A stretch of DNA of 32,000 nt from Cupriavidus necator (lineage in GTDB: Bacteria; Pseudomonadota; Gammaproteobacteria; Burkholderiales; Burkholderiaceae). Below are positions 1 through 9,938 of the stretch, piece after piece. Within the stretch, counting starts at the first letter, position 1. Every line of letters starts with the position of its first letter. Under the pieces are notes generated by a model. The model did no database searches and was not told where the DNA came from. It saw only the letters and a list, made by a program, of their open reading frames with translations. A program made the position numbers and the translations under genes. The stretch covers positions 990,001 through 1,022,000 of the forward strand of contig NZ_CP066018.1 in the NCBI RefSeq assembly GCF_016127575.1. The letters are read 5' to 3'.

Positions 1-1041
1 GCCGCCGCCACCCAGCCTCCCAAACCGCTGGTGATCGCCCATCGCGGCGCCAGCGCGCTGCGCCCCGAACATACACTTGCCGCCTACGCCAAAGCCATCG
101 AGGACGGCGCCGACGCCATCGAGCCCGACCTGGTCATGACACGCGACGGCGTGCTGGTAGCGCGCCACGAGAACGACATCACCGGCACCACCAACGTGGC
201 CGAACTGCCGCAGTTCGCCGAGCGCAAGCGCACCAAGGTGATCGACGGCGAGCGCCTGAGCGGCTGGTTCACCGAAGACTTCACGCTGGCGGAGCTCAAG
301 ACGCTGCGCGCGCGTGAGCGCATCCCGCGCCTGCGCCCGGACAATGCGCGCCTGAACGACCAGTTCGAGGTGCCGACCTTCGACGAGATCGTGCGCCTGG
401 CCGAGCAGGCCGCGCTGCGCACCGGCAAACCCATCGGCATCTACGCAGAGCTGAAGCACCCGAGCTACTTCCGCGGCATCGGGCTGCCGCTCGAGGACAA
501 GCTGGTGGCCGCGCTGCGGGCACAACCCTACCTGCGCAACGCACCCGTGTTTATCCAATGCTTCGAGACCGGCAGCCTGCGCGCGCTGCGGCGCACGCTT
601 GGCAGCGGGCAGCACAACGTGAAGCTGGTGCAGCTCATCGGCAACCCGCGCAAGGGCCCGGCCGACTGGAAGCTGGCGGGCGACGGCCGCACCTTCGGCG
701 ACATGCTGGGCGCGACCGGCCTGCGCGAGGTGGCAGCCTATGCCGACGGCATCGGCCCCGAGAAGAGCAGCGTGGTGCCGCGCGATGCGCAGGGCGCGCT
801 GGCTGCGCCGACGCCGGTGGTGCGCCAGGCGCATGCTGCCGGGCTGTTCGTCCATCCCTACACCTTCCGTCCGGAAAACAGCTTCCTGCCCAAGGTGCTG
901 CAGGCCGGCGGCGACGACGCCACGCGCAGCCCGTCCGGCATGGAGCGGGAAGTGCAGGCCTTTATCGCGGCCGGCATCGATGGTTTCTTCACCGACGACC
1001 CGGCGCTGGGCCGGCGCGCGGTGGATACGCCGGCGCGCTGA
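1..1041 (+). CDS. glpQ: glycerophosphodiester phosphodiesterase (GDPD family), 5' end outside the window
   Basis: Frame 1 is open from base 1. The translation IAHRGASALRPEHTLAAYAKAIEDGADAIEPDLVMTRDGVLVARHE matches the GDPD N-terminal catalytic signature. Stop codon at 1039-1041. Confidence 0.85.
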   Translation, partial: AAATQPPKPLVIAHRGASALRPEHTLAAYAKAIEDGADAIEPDLVMTRDGVLVARHENDITGTTNVAELPQFAERKRTKVIDGERLSGWFTEDFTLAELKTLRARERIPRLRPDNARLNDQFEVPTFDEIVRLAEQAALRTGKPIGIYAELKHPSYFRGIGLPLEDKLVAALRAQPYLRNAPVFIQCFETGSLRALRRTLGSGQHNVKLVQLIGNPRKGPADWKLAGDGRTFGDMLGATGLREVAAYADGIGPEKSSVVPRDAQGALAAPTPVVRQAHAAGLFVHPYTFRPENSFLPKVLQAGGDDATRSPSGMEREVQAFIAAGIDGFFTDDPALGRRAVDTPAR

Positions 1042-1050
1042 CCCCGGCAG

Positions 1051-1080
1051 GGCGGCCGCTGGGCTACACTTGCGGCCGCC
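1051..1080 (+). terminator. GC-rich hairpin after the GDPD gene (9-bp stem GGCGGCCGC/GCGGCCGCC, 12-nt loop), no U-tract
   Basis: Inverted repeat read directly at 1051-1059 and 1072-1080, 10 nt after the stop codon. The missing T-run makes it a weak terminator call. Confidence 0.3.
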
Positions 1081-1119
1081 TGGTCCCTGACCCCCACCTT
1101 CCATTCCCTCCTCCGCACC

Positions 1120-1701
1120 ATGATCGGACGCATCGCCGGCACCCTTATCGAGAAGAATCCCCCGCACCTGCTGGTCGACTGCCACGGCGTCGGCTACGAG
1201 GTGGACGTGCCGATGAGCACCTTCTACAACCTGCCCGCGGTGGGCCAGCCGGTGACACTGCTGACGCAGCTGATCGTGCGCGAGGACGCGCACCTGCTGT
1301 ACGGCTTCGGCACCGCATCGGAGCGCAACACCTTCCGCGAGCTGATCAAGATCACCGGCATCGGCGCGCGCATGGCGCTGGCGGTGCTGTCGGGCATGTC
1401 GGTGCCCGAGCTGGCGCAGGCCATCACGCTGCAGGAAGCCGGCCGCCTCACGCGCATTCCCGGCATCGGCAAGAAGACCGCGGAGCGGCTGCTGCTGGAG
1501 CTCAAGGGCAAGCTGGGCGCGGAGCTGGGCCACGTGCCGGGCACGCCGGCGGTGCCGGACAGCGCCGTCGACGTGCTCAATGCGCTGCTGGCGCTGGGCT
1601 ACTCGGAAAAGGAAGCCGCCGCCGCGATCAAGCAGGTGCCGGCGGGGACCGGCGTGTCGGACGGCATCAAGCTGGCGCTCAAGGCATTGTCCAAGGCTTG
1701 A
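1120..1701 (+). CDS. ruvA: Holliday junction branch-migration complex subunit RuvA
   Basis: 193 aa. [35 protein letters not shown] plus the helix-hairpin-helix motif [19 protein letters not shown] are typical of RuvA. It lies directly upstream of ruvB. Confidence 0.97.
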   Translation: MIGRIAGTLIEKNPPHLLVDCHGVGYEVDVPMSTFYNLPAVGQPVTLLTQLIVREDAHLLYGFGTASERNTFRELIKITGIGARMALAVLSGMSVPELAQAITLQEAGRLTRIPGIGKKTAERLLLELKGKLGAELGHVPGTPAVPDSAVDVLNALLALGYSEKEAAAAIKQVPAGTGVSDGIKLALKALSKA

Positions 1702-1759
1702 GACCTGCATAGGCGCGTAGAATGGCGGATTGTTGCCGCTGTCCGGGCCCCTGACCACC

Positions 1760-2818
1760 ATGATCGAAACTGACAAGCTTGCCGCCCCCGCCCGCGTAAT
1801 TGCCGCCACCCCCGCCTCGTCGCAGGAGGAGGCGTTCGAGCGCGCGCTGCGGCCCAAGCTGCTGGACGAGTATGTCGGCCAGGAAAAGGTGCGCGGGCAG
1901 CTCGATATCTTCATGCACGCCGCGCGCAACCGGCGCGAGGCGCTGGACCACGTGCTGCTGTTCGGCCCGCCGGGCCTGGGCAAGACCACGCTGGCCCACA
2001 TCATCGCGCGCGAGATGGGCGTCAACCTGCGCCAGACCTCGGGCCCCGTGCTGGAGCGCCCGGGCGACCTGGCCGCGCTGCTGACCAACCTGGAAGCCAA
2101 CGACGTGCTGTTCATCGACGAGATCCACCGGCTCTCGCCGGTCGTCGAGGAGATCCTGTACCCGGCGCTCGAGGACTACCAGATCGACATCATGATCGGC
2201 GAGGGCCCGGCGGCGCGCTCGGTCAAGCTCGACCTGCAGCCGTTCACGCTGGTGGGCGCCACCACGCGTGCCGGCATGCTGACCAACCCCCTGCGCGACC
2301 GCTTCGGCATCGTGGCGCGGCTGGAGTTCTATACCGCCGATGAGCTGGCCCGCATCGTCACGCGCTCGGCGCAGCTGCTGCATGCCCGTATCGACCCGCA
2401 GGGCGCGCTGGAGATCGCCCGGCGCGCGCGCGGCACGCCCCGTATCGCCAACCGGCTGCTGCGCCGGGTGCGCGACTACGCCGAGGTCAAGGGTGACGGG
2501 AACATCACCCGCGCCATGGCCGACGCGGCGCTGGCCATGCTGGACGTGGACAGCGTCGGCTTCGACCTGATGGACCGCAAGCTGCTGGAAGCAGTGCTGC
2601 ACAAGTTCGGCGGCGGCCCCGTGGGCGTGGACAACCTCGCCGCGGCCATCGGCGAGGAGCGCGACACCATCGAGGACGTGCTCGAGCCCTACCTGATCCA
2701 GCAAGGCTACCTGCAGCGCACGCCGCGCGGGCGCGTGGCCACGGCTGCCGCCTACCGGCATTTCGGCCTGGCCAACCCGCAAGGCAGCGGCGCCAGCGAA
2801 CTGTTCGGCGACGCCTGA
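1760..2818 (+). CDS. ruvB: Holliday junction DNA helicase RuvB
   Basis: Walker [15 protein letters not shown], Walker [11 protein letters not shown], and full-length RuvB-like sequence. I prefer the ATG at 1760 (MIETDKL...) over the TTG at 1730 given in the ORF track. Confidence 0.96.
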   Translation: MIETDKLAAPARVIAATPASSQEEAFERALRPKLLDEYVGQEKVRGQLDIFMHAARNRREALDHVLLFGPPGLGKTTLAHIIAREMGVNLRQTSGPVLERPGDLAALLTNLEANDVLFIDEIHRLSPVVEEILYPALEDYQIDIMIGEGPAARSVKLDLQPFTLVGATTRAGMLTNPLRDRFGIVARLEFYTADELARIVTRSAQLLHARIDPQGALEIARRARGTPRIANRLLRRVRDYAEVKGDGNITRAMADAALAMLDVDSVGFDLMDRKLLEAVLHKFGGGPVGVDNLAAAIGEERDTIEDVLEPYLIQQGYLQRTPRGRVATAAAYRHFGLANPQGSGASELFGDA

Positions 2819-2909
2819 CAGCACGAAGCAGCAACAGCGCCTTGGCAGGGCCCCGGCGCAGCACCAATTAAACGTTTTAATTTCGCGCTCCAAATTTTTT
2901 CGAAGTGGA

Positions 2910-2938
2910 TTGCTGGCCCGTGGCCGATTGTCCACAAT
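2910..2938 (+). promoter_or_regulatory. candidate sigma-70 promoter (TTGCTG-N17-CACAAT) for the 3021 gene, with an AT-rich upstream tract
   Basis: Hexamers read at 2910-2915 and 2933-2938 with a 17-nt spacer. An AT-rich block at 2866-2900 includes the dyad AATTAAA-CGT-TTTAATT (2866-2882). Confidence 0.3.
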
Positions 2939-3020
2939 GGCTTTATCGGCACCGGCCCGGTGCTGCGATGGCCGCGCCCCGCCAGGCACGGCACCTTCAC
3001 AAATACGTCAAGGAAAGCCA

Positions 3021-3614
3021 ATGATTCGCCATTCGTCCAGCCTGCTCGCCGCAGCCCTCGCCGCCACCGCGTTCGCCGCCGGCAGTGCCAACGCCCAGCG
3101 CCCGCCGGCGCCGGTCGGCGTGGCCGAAGAGGCGGTCATCAGCGGCAAGATCGTCGATATCGATCCCGAATCCAAGGCCGTGCTGGTCCAGGGCCCGCGC
3201 GGCAACGTGGTCGAACTGGTGGCTGGCGACGAGGCCCGCAACTTTGGCCAGATCCGCAAGGGCGACATCCTCACCGTGGCGCGTGGCGCCGCGCTGGTCG
3301 CCGCGCTTGAGCCGGTCGACAGCAAGGCCACCGCACTGGCCGAATCGGTCGACCGCACCACGCGCGCCGCCGAGGGCGGCAAGCCCGGCATCATGCGCGA
3401 GATCACCACCACAGTGACCGCACAGATCACCAAGGTCGACCCGGCCAAGCGCCTGATCACCTTCCGCGGTCCGCGCGAGACGCTGCGCACCGTGAAAGTG
3501 CAGGATCCGGCCATCGACCTGAACGGCATCAAGCAGGGCCAGATGGCCAAGATCGTCTACCGTGAAGTCGTGGCCATTACGGTCAAGGCACCCGCGGCAG
3601 CCGCAGCCAACTGA
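3021..3614 (+). CDS. secreted hypothetical protein with an internal tandem duplication
   Basis: ATG at 3021 is preceded by AGGAAAG. The N-terminus MIRHSSSLLAAALAATAFAAGSANAQ is a Sec signal peptide with an AxA site. Two roughly 55-aa repeats share I-x-x-(I/V)DP-x6-GPR-x8-D-x6-I-(R/K)-x-G. Coding-like GC3. Confidence 0.7.
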   Translation: MIRHSSSLLAAALAATAFAAGSANAQRPPAPVGVAEEAVISGKIVDIDPESKAVLVQGPRGNVVELVAGDEARNFGQIRKGDILTVARGAALVAALEPVDSKATALAESVDRTTRAAEGGKPGIMREITTTVTAQITKVDPAKRLITFRGPRETLRTVKVQDPAIDLNGIKQGQMAKIVYREVVAITVKAPAAAAAN

Positions 3615-3658
3615 GCCACTGAGCCAGACGCGGTACTTTTCCCATCAGGAGGTTACCT

Positions 3659-4243
3659 ATGAATCGTCGCCACTTTGTTACCCGGGTTGCCGGATCGGGC
3701 CTGCTCGTTGCCACCGCAATGGCGGCAGGCTGCACCACCACCGGCACCAGCGCCTCGAAGGACCCGGTCGCCAAGAAGCAGGAAATCGATGCAGGGGTGG
3801 ACGGAGCGCTGAACCGGCTGTTCTCCGCCAACCCCGGCGCACGCGACCTGGCGCAGCGTGCGCAAGGAGTCCTGGTGTTCCCGCGTGTCATCTCGGCCGG
3901 CCTGGTGGTAGGCGGCGAGTACGGCGAGGGTGCGCTGCGATCGAAGGGCGCGACGGTCGGCTACTACAGCACGACGCAGGCCTCGGTCGGGCTGACCGCC
4001 GGCGGGCAGTCCAAGGCCGTCATCATCATGTTCATGACCCCGGAGGCCTACAACAAGTTTGTTGCCAGCAAGGGCTGGACCGCCGGCGCCGATGCCAACG
4101 TGGCGGTGGCCAAGGTCGGCGCGGACGGCAGGCTCGACACCCTGACCAGCCAGCAGCCGGTGATTGCCTTCGTGCAGACCAATGCCGGCCTGATGTTCGA
4201 CGTCTCGGTAAACGGCTCCAAGATCAGCAAGCTGGATATCTGA
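3659..4243 (+). CDS. lipoprotein with a SYLF (Ysc84/DUF500-like) lipid-binding domain
   Basis: AGGAGG lies 7 nt upstream of the ATG. Lipobox is LVATAMAAGC. The body (VLVFPRVISAGLVVGGEYGEGAL...GYYSTTQASVGLTAGGQS...FMT...GWTAGADANVAV) resembles the SYLF/DUF500 family. Confidence 0.78.
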   Translation: MNRRHFVTRVAGSGLLVATAMAAGCTTTGTSASKDPVAKKQEIDAGVDGALNRLFSANPGARDLAQRAQGVLVFPRVISAGLVVGGEYGEGALRSKGATVGYYSTTQASVGLTAGGQSKAVIIMFMTPEAYNKFVASKGWTAGADANVAVAKVGADGRLDTLTSQQPVIAFVQTNAGLMFDVSVNGSKISKLDI

Positions 4244-4269
4244 CCCGGCCACCCGGCTGCGCCGCTCCA

Positions 4270-4308
4270 CCTGAAATTCCCGGCTTCGGCCGGGAATTTT
4301 CATTTCAG
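4270..4308 (+). terminator. intrinsic terminator after the SYLF lipoprotein gene
   Basis: An 11-bp stem AAATTCCCGGC/GCCGGGAATTT with a TTCG loop, followed by a T-rich run (TTTTCATTTC). Confidence 0.65.
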
Positions 4309-4410
4309 GCGGCCGCAGCAACGCTTGCGCATGCCGCGGCAGAATCCGGGGTCCGCTGGCATAATCGCGCCCAAAACACCGCGCGCCAGCGCGTCCGACC
4401 GGGAGCCCCC

Positions 4411-5136
4411 ATGTCCGCCATCCCCGCCAGCGCAGGCCCCGCTGGCCGCGTCTACCGTTACTATGACTTCGTCATGGTGGCCTTTGTTACCGTGCTGCTG
4501 TGCTCGAACCTGATCGGCGCGGCCAAGGCGGCACAGGTGACGCTGCCCGTGATCGGCACGGTGACCTTCGGCGCCGGCGTGCTGTTCTTCCCGATCTCCT
4601 ACATCTTCGGCGACGTGTTGACCGAGGTCTACGGCTACGGCCGCGACCGGCGCGTGGTCTGGGCCGGCTTTGCCGCGCTGGCTTTCGCCACCTTCATGAG
4701 CCTGGTGGTGCTGAACATGCCGGTGGCGCCCTTCATGGCGGACTACCAGAAAAGCCTGCAGGACGTGTTCGGCAACACCTGGCGGATTGCGCTCGGCTCG
4801 CTGATCGCCTTCTGCTGCGGCAGCTTCACCAACAGCTACGTGCTGGCCAAGATGAAGCTGTGGACCTCGGGGCGGTGGCTGTGGACGCGCACGATCGGCT
4901 CTTCGCTGGCCGGTGAGCTGGTCGACTCGTCGCTGTTCTACGTGATCGCGTTCTACGGCATCTGGCCGCTGGAAAAGGTGATCCAGGTGGCAGTGGCGCA
5001 GTACGTGCTGAAGACCGGCTGGGAAGTGGTGATGACACCGGTGACGTACAAGGTGGTCGGGTTCCTGAAGCGGGCCGAGAACGAGGATTATTTCGACCGC
5101 AATACCGACTTCACCCCGTTCCGCGTCCGCGTGTAG
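4411..5136 (+). CDS. yhhQ: queuosine-precursor transporter (YhhQ/DUF165 family membrane protein)
   Basis: Multi-pass membrane protein. FPISYIFGDVLTEVYGY, SFTNSYVLAKMK and GELVDSSLFYVIAF are characteristic YhhQ-family motifs. The ATG at 4411 is the first plausible start in the long ORF. Confidence 0.85.
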   Translation: MSAIPASAGPAGRVYRYYDFVMVAFVTVLLCSNLIGAAKAAQVTLPVIGTVTFGAGVLFFPISYIFGDVLTEVYGYGRDRRVVWAGFAALAFATFMSLVVLNMPVAPFMADYQKSLQDVFGNTWRIALGSLIAFCCGSFTNSYVLAKMKLWTSGRWLWTRTIGSSLAGELVDSSLFYVIAFYGIWPLEKVIQVAVAQYVLKTGWEVVMTPVTYKVVGFLKRAENEDYFDRNTDFTPFRVRV

Positions 5137-5138
5137 CG

Positions 5139-5813
5139 CTAAGGCACGCGCCGGTCCACCTCGTCCAGCGACAGGTTTTCAAGGTGGCTGACATCGCCCC
5201 ACTGCGCCAGCGTCAGGTGGCTGCTGTCGCTGCGTAGCCGGTTGACGCTGGCATTGAGCAGTTCATGCTGGCGCGGTGCTTCCAGCGTCATGCCGGTGGC
5301 CTCGCGGTACAGGCAGTCAAGCACGCCACCGTGCGCCACCAGCGCGATGCGCTCGCCGGGATGCCGGCGCGACAGCGCCAGCACCACCTCGACCGCGCGC
5401 TCATGGAAGCCCAGCAGCGACTCGCCTTCAGGCGGCGCGTAGTCCGGCACGCGCGCCTGCCAGCGGGCGAAATCCTCGGGCAGGTGCTCGGCTACTTCGG
5501 CGTAGGTCTTACCCTGCAGCGTGCCGTAGCTGCGCTCGCGCAGGCGCGCATCGGGGCGCACCTGCAGCCCGAGCACCTCGGCCAGCGGCGCAGCGGTTTC
5601 CATCGCACGCGACAGGTCGCTGGCATAGACCGCATCGATCGGCTCGCCCGCCAGCGCCGTGGCCAGCGCGCGCGCCTGGGCGCGGCCGGTCTCGTTCAGG
5701 GGAATGTCGAGCTGGCCCTGCAGCCGGCGCTCCCGGTTCCAGGCCGTTTCGCCGTGGCGGATCACGATCAGGTGGGTATAGGCCAGCGAATGCGGCCCGG
5801 GGCTTTGCGACAT
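5139..5813 (-). CDS. histidine phosphatase family protein (phosphoglycerate mutase-like, GpmB-type)
   Basis: The RHGETAWN catalytic motif (LIVIRHGETAWNRERRLQGQLDIPLNETG) and a downstream VAHGGV histidine motif. Confidence 0.87.
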   Translation of the reverse strand: MSQSPGPHSLAYTHLIVIRHGETAWNRERRLQGQLDIPLNETGRAQARALATALAGEPIDAVYASDLSRAMETAAPLAEVLGLQVRPDARLRERSYGTLQGKTYAEVAEHLPEDFARWQARVPDYAPPEGESLLGFHERAVEVVLALSRRHPGERIALVAHGGVLDCLYREATGMTLEAPRQHELLNASVNRLRSDSSHLTLAQWGDVSHLENLSLDEVDRRVP

Positions 5814-5839
5814 GCCGTTTCCTTCGGGATTTCCTTTGA

Positions 5840-5872
5840 GGCCGGCGCCGCGCGGCTGGCGCGGCGCCGGCC
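5840..5872 (-). terminator. perfect 14-bp GC hairpin downstream of the PEBP gene, no U-tract
   Basis: GGCCGGCGCCGCGC / GCGCGGCGCCGGCC with a 5-nt loop, lying between the convergent-free gene ends at 5813 and 5878. Confidence 0.4.
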
Positions 5873-5877
5873 AGACG

Positions 5878-6525
5878 TTATTTCGCCAGATTGGGGTTCA
5901 GCGTATAAGTGCCGGTGAGGCTGGCCTGCGCCAGCACATGGCCCTGGATCGCCTCGCGCACCTGCGCGCCGGTGAAGGTGCCATCGAGCGGCAGCCGGTC
6001 GATGTCCAGCGCATACAGCGTGAACACGTAGTGGTGCAGCAGCGTGTCGTTCCACGGGGGGCACGGGCCGTCATAGCCGTAGTAGTCGCCCTTCATGTCG
6101 GCATCGCCGGCGAACCAGCCGGTGTAGTCGTTGATGCCGTGGCGCAGGCCGCCCGCGGTGGCGGTGCCGCCGGTGGCTTCGGGGCCCGGCTTGCCGCGCG
6201 CGATCACGCCGTCGCTGTGCGAGCCCGCCGCGATCGAGGTCAGGCCCGGCGGGATGTCGACCAGCACCCAGTGGAAGAAGTCAACGCGCGGCAGCGCGGC
6301 CGGCACTTCGCGGCCTTCCTGGTTGACGTCGTCGCCCTTGCTTGGCACGTCGCGGTCGTGGCAGATCAGCACGAACGAGCGCGTCTCGGCCGGGGCGTCT
6401 TCCCAGCGCAGGTCGGGATTGCGGTTATTCGACAGGGCCACGTGGGCGGCGGCGTCGGGCACGCAGAAGGCGAACTCGCCGGGAATCGGCGCGTTGTCGT
6501 TGAAGGACTTGCTCCAGACTTTCAT
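5878..6525 (-). CDS. YbhB/YbcL family Raf-kinase-inhibitor-like (PEBP) protein
   Basis: AGGAGAG RBS. Motifs FVLICHDRDVP, FHWVLVDIP and GYDGPCPP...HHYVFTLYALD are PEBP-family signatures. Confidence 0.85.
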   Translation of the reverse strand: MKVWSKSFNDNAPIPGEFAFCVPDAAAHVALSNNRNPDLRWEDAPAETRSFVLICHDRDVPSKGDDVNQEGREVPAALPRVDFFHWVLVDIPPGLTSIAAGSHSDGVIARGKPGPEATGGTATAGGLRHGINDYTGWFAGDADMKGDYYGYDGPCPPWNDTLLHHYVFTLYALDIDRLPLDGTFTGAQVREAIQGHVLAQASLTGTYTLNPNLAK

Positions 6526-6576
6526 TTGTCTCTCCTGTCTTGGTGCCGCGCCGGGGCGCGGCAGCTTGGAATCTGT

Positions 6577-7038
6577 TCAGGCCGGCGGCACCCGCAGCCA
6601 GAAGGTGACCGGGCCGTCGTTGACCAGGCTGACCTGCATCATCGCGCCGAACTCGCCTGTCTGCACCTGCGGATGGGCGGCGCGCGCCTGCGCCACGAAA
6701 TGCTCGTACAGGCGCCGGCCGTCCTCGGGCGAGGCAGCGGGCGTGAAACTCGGCCGCGTGCCGCTGTTGGTATCGGCCGCCAGCGTGAACTGCGAAACCA
6801 CCAGCAGCCCGCCGGCGTTGCCGTTGCCGTCCATGTTCTGAACCGGCAGGTTCATCTTGCCGGCAGCATCGGAAAACACCCGGTACGACAGCATCTTGGC
6901 CAGCAGCCGCTCGGCCTGCGCCTCGGTGTCGCCGCGCTCGGCGCAGACCAGCGCCAGCAGGCCGGCGCCGATTTCACCGGTGGTGCGGCCTTCGACCGTG
7001 ACGCGGGCCTGGGCCACCCGCTGGATCAGCGCGATCAT
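6577..7038 (-). CDS. dtd: D-aminoacyl-tRNA deacylase
   Basis: MIALIQRV...[15 protein letters not shown] plus a C-terminal NDGPVTF motif. It lies immediately downstream of tyrS. Confidence 0.95.
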   Translation of the reverse strand: MIALIQRVAQARVTVEGRTTGEIGAGLLALVCAERGDTEAQAERLLAKMLSYRVFSDAAGKMNLPVQNMDGNGNAGGLLVVSQFTLAADTNSGTRPSFTPAASPEDGRRLYEHFVAQARAAHPQVQTGEFGAMMQVSLVNDGPVTFWLRVPPA

Positions 7039-7048
7039 CCCGGCCGCC

Positions 7049-8290
7049 TCAGGCCAGCGTCACGCGCGCGAAACGGCGCTTGCCCACCTGCACGACATAG
7101 GTGCCCGCTGCCACCCTGGTGGCCTTGTCGCTGACCGTGGCGCCATCGATCTTGACGCCGCCCTGCTCGATATTGCGGTTGGCTTCCGAGGTGGACGGCA
7201 CCAGGTTGGCCTGCTTGAGCAGCTGCGCGATGCCCAGCGGCGCGCCAGTCAGGCTCACTGCCGGGATATCGTCCGGCACGCCGCCGCGGGCGCGGTGGTT
7301 GAAGTCTTCCAGCGCCTTCTCGGCATCGGCCTGGCTGTGGAAGCGCGCCACGATTTCCTGCGCCAGCAGCACCTTGCAGTCGCGCGGATTGCGGCCCAGC
7401 GCGATTTCCTGCTTCATCAGCTCGATCTCGGCCAGCGGGCGGAACGACAGCAGCGTGTAGTACTGCCACATCAGGTCGTCCGAGATGCTCATCAGCTTGC
7501 CGAACATCTCGTTAGGCGCCTCGGTCACGCCGACGTAGTTGCCCTTGGACTTGGACATCTTCTCGACGCCGTCCAGGCCCACCAGCAGCGGCATGGTCAG
7601 GATGCACTGCGGCTCCTGGCCGTATTCCTTCTGCAGCTCGCGCCCGACCAGCAGGTTGAACTTCTGGTCGGTGCCGCCGAGCTCCAGGTCTGACTTGAGC
7701 GCGACCGAGTCATAGCCCTGCATCAGCGGGTACAGGAACTCATGCACGGAGATCGGAATCCCGGAGCGGAAGCGCTTGGTGAAGTCGTCGCGCTCCATCA
7801 TGCGCGCCACGGTGTACTTGGCCGCCAGCTGGATCATGCCGCGCGCGCCCAGCGGATCGCACCACTCGCTGTTGTAGCGGATCTCGGTGCGGGCCGGGTC
7901 CAGCACCAGGCTGGCCTGGCGGTAGTAGGTCTGGGCGTTGGCCTCGATCTGCTCGCGCGTGAGCGGCGGGCGCGTGCTGTTGCGGCCCGACGGATCGCCG
8001 ATGGTCGAGGTGAAGTCGCCGATCAGGAAGATCACCTGGTGGCCGAGGTCCTGCAGCTGGCGCAGCTTGTTCAGCACCACGGTATGGCCGATATGGATGT
8101 CGGGCGCGGTCGGATCCAGGCCCAGCTTGATGCGCAGCGGCACGCCGGTGGCCTCGCTGCGCGCCAGCTTCTGCGCCCATTCGGATTCGATCAGCAGTTC
8201 GTCGCAGCCTCGCTTGGAGACTTCCAGGGCCTGCATCACCGACGGCGTCAGGGGGTATTTGGCCGTGGGGCCCGTGGCAACTTCAGTCAT
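7049..8290 (-). CDS. tyrS: tyrosine--tRNA ligase (type 2)
   Basis: HIGH motif ([10 protein letters not shown]), KMSKS motif (EKMSKSKGN) and a C-terminal S4-like domain. Confidence 0.97.
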   Translation of the reverse strand: MTEVATGPTAKYPLTPSVMQALEVSKRGCDELLIESEWAQKLARSEATGVPLRIKLGLDPTAPDIHIGHTVVLNKLRQLQDLGHQVIFLIGDFTSTIGDPSGRNSTRPPLTREQIEANAQTYYRQASLVLDPARTEIRYNSEWCDPLGARGMIQLAAKYTVARMMERDDFTKRFRSGIPISVHEFLYPLMQGYDSVALKSDLELGGTDQKFNLLVGRELQKEYGQEPQCILTMPLLVGLDGVEKMSKSKGNYVGVTEAPNEMFGKLMSISDDLMWQYYTLLSFRPLAEIELMKQEIALGRNPRDCKVLLAQEIVARFHSQADAEKALEDFNHRARGGVPDDIPAVSLTGAPLGIAQLLKQANLVPSTSEANRNIEQGGVKIDGATVSDKATRVAAGTYVVQVGKRRFARVTLA

Positions 8291-8354
8291 GACGTAAGTC
8301 TTTGAAATACTTGAAATTTTAGGAAATTTCCTGACAGCCGCCAGGGCCGGATTT

Positions 8355-8363
8355 TGGTATAAT
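8355..8363 (+). promoter_or_regulatory. extended -10 element TGgTATAAT in the tyrS / M23-peptidase divergent region
   Basis: TGGTATAAT read at 8355-8363. The only -35-like hexamer (CTGACA, 8331-8336) is spaced 21 nt away, so the call relies on the extended -10. Confidence 0.4.
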
Positions 8364-8535
8364 CCGCGATTCCCGGCGCCTACGGAAGCCTTTCCAGTGC
8401 GCCACCCGCCACTTTATGCAGCAGTGCAGGCGGCCAAATAACAGTGAAGAGCCCGCGCCGCACCTCGGGGGAGGAAGGCAGACGAGACACATCGTCCCCG
8501 GCAGCGGTGCTCAGACCAAGGTTGAATTTTACGTG

Positions 8536-9927
8536 ATGTGGTCCAGACTCCGCGAAGTTTTCGCGCGTGAGCTGGTGGTTCTTGTCGATCCGACCAACCC
8601 CCAGCACGCGCGGCGGCGCAAACAACTGACGGCCTCGGTGGGCGCAATCTTCACGCTCGGCATGGCCGCGGCGATGGGCGTTGCGCCGCGCAGCGCCTTT
8701 GACGATCCGCTCGCACCGCGCACGCAGCAGGCGCTGCGCATGCCCGACGTGCGCGAGCAACTTGAACAGCTTACCGACAGCCAGGCCGTCTACGTGCGCG
8801 AAGAACGCATGCAGCGCGGCGACACCATCGCCAGCCTGCTCAAGCGGCTGGGCGTGGACGATGCCGACGCGCAGGCGTTCATCGTCAAGAACCCGACCGC
8901 GCGCGGCCTGTTCAACCTGAACCCCGGCCAGGCGGTGCAGGCGGAGATCGACGAAAGCAACACGCTGGTGTCGCTGCAGGCCAACCTGGGCGGCGACGCA
9001 GCCGCCTCGCGCGAGCTGGTGATCGAACGCGTGCGCGCGGCCAGCGACAACACCGCCGCCACCTACAAGGCCAAGGTGCAGCGCGTCGACAATGACGTGC
9101 ACTATGAGATGGCCTCGGGCGCGATTTCCGCGGGCGGTTTCTTCAAGGCCATGGACGCGGCCAACGTGCCCGACGAAGTCGTGCAGCAGATGCTGTCGAT
9201 CTTCTCCGGCGTGATCGACTTCCACCACGACATCGCCAGCGGCGACCGCTTCCGCATCATCTACGAAGCGGGCTTCCGCGACGGCACCTTCGTGCGCAAC
9301 GGCCGCGTGGTCGCACTGGAGCTGATCAACCGCAACCAGCTGCACCAGGCGCTGTGGTTCGCGCCCGAAGACAGCAAGGACGGCGGCGCCTACTACACCT
9401 TCGACGGGCGCAGCATGAAGCGGCCGTTCCTGCGTTCGCCGGTGGAATTCTCGCGCGTGTCGTCGGGCTTCGGCGGCCGCGAGCATCCGCTGCATCATGA
9501 CTGGGCGCAGCACAAGGGCGTGGACTTCGCCGCCCCGACCGGCACCAAGGTGCTGGCCACCGGCGACGGCGTGGTCGAGTTCGTGGGCCAGCAGAACGGC
9601 TACGGCAATATCGTCATCCTGAACCACGCCAACGGCTACTCGACCTACTACGCGCACCTGTCCGGCTTTGCCGGCATGCGCCAGGGCCAGCCGGTGCGCC
9701 AGGGCCAGCTGATCGGCTATGTCGGCTCGACCGGCTGGGCCACCGGCCCGCACCTGCACTATGAGTTCCGCTTCAACGACGTGCCGCAGAACCCGCTGAC
9801 CATCACGCTGATGGAATCGCCGACGCTGACCGGCAAGTCGCGCCAGGAATTCCTGACCTACACCAGCGGGCTGCTCAGCCGCATCAATGCGCTGCGCACC
9901 TACAACGTGCTGACCGCCTCCAACTGA
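8536..9927 (+). CDS. M23 family metallopeptidase (MepM/YebA-like murein endopeptidase with an OapA/LysM-like N-domain)
   Basis: [16 protein letters not shown]...GNIVILNH...[15 protein letters not shown] is the M23 active-site set. The ORF part upstream of 8536 has low GC3 and rare AGG/AGA/GGA codons, so the ATG at 8536 is preferred. Confidence 0.85.
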   Translation: MWSRLREVFARELVVLVDPTNPQHARRRKQLTASVGAIFTLGMAAAMGVAPRSAFDDPLAPRTQQALRMPDVREQLEQLTDSQAVYVREERMQRGDTIASLLKRLGVDDADAQAFIVKNPTARGLFNLNPGQAVQAEIDESNTLVSLQANLGGDAAASRELVIERVRAASDNTAATYKAKVQRVDNDVHYEMASGAISAGGFFKAMDAANVPDEVVQQMLSIFSGVIDFHHDIASGDRFRIIYEAGFRDGTFVRNGRVVALELINRNQLHQALWFAPEDSKDGGAYYTFDGRSMKRPFLRSPVEFSRVSSGFGGREHPLHHDWAQHKGVDFAAPTGTKVLATGDGVVEFVGQQNGYGNIVILNHANGYSTYYAHLSGFAGMRQGQPVRQGQLIGYVGSTGWATGPHLHYEFRFNDVPQNPLTITLMESPTLTGKSRQEFLTYTSGLLSRINALRTYNVLTASN

Positions 9928-9938
9928 CCGCGCCCATC

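Noticed and set aside
4309-4410. preQ1 riboswitch upstream of yhhQ (queuosine-precursor transporter genes are sometimes riboswitch-controlled).
   Set aside because: There is no small hairpin followed by an A-rich tail with the preQ1-I pattern. The only local hairpin (GCGCGC stems with the loop CCAAAACACC) has the A-run inside the loop. I also found no convincing -35/-10 pair.
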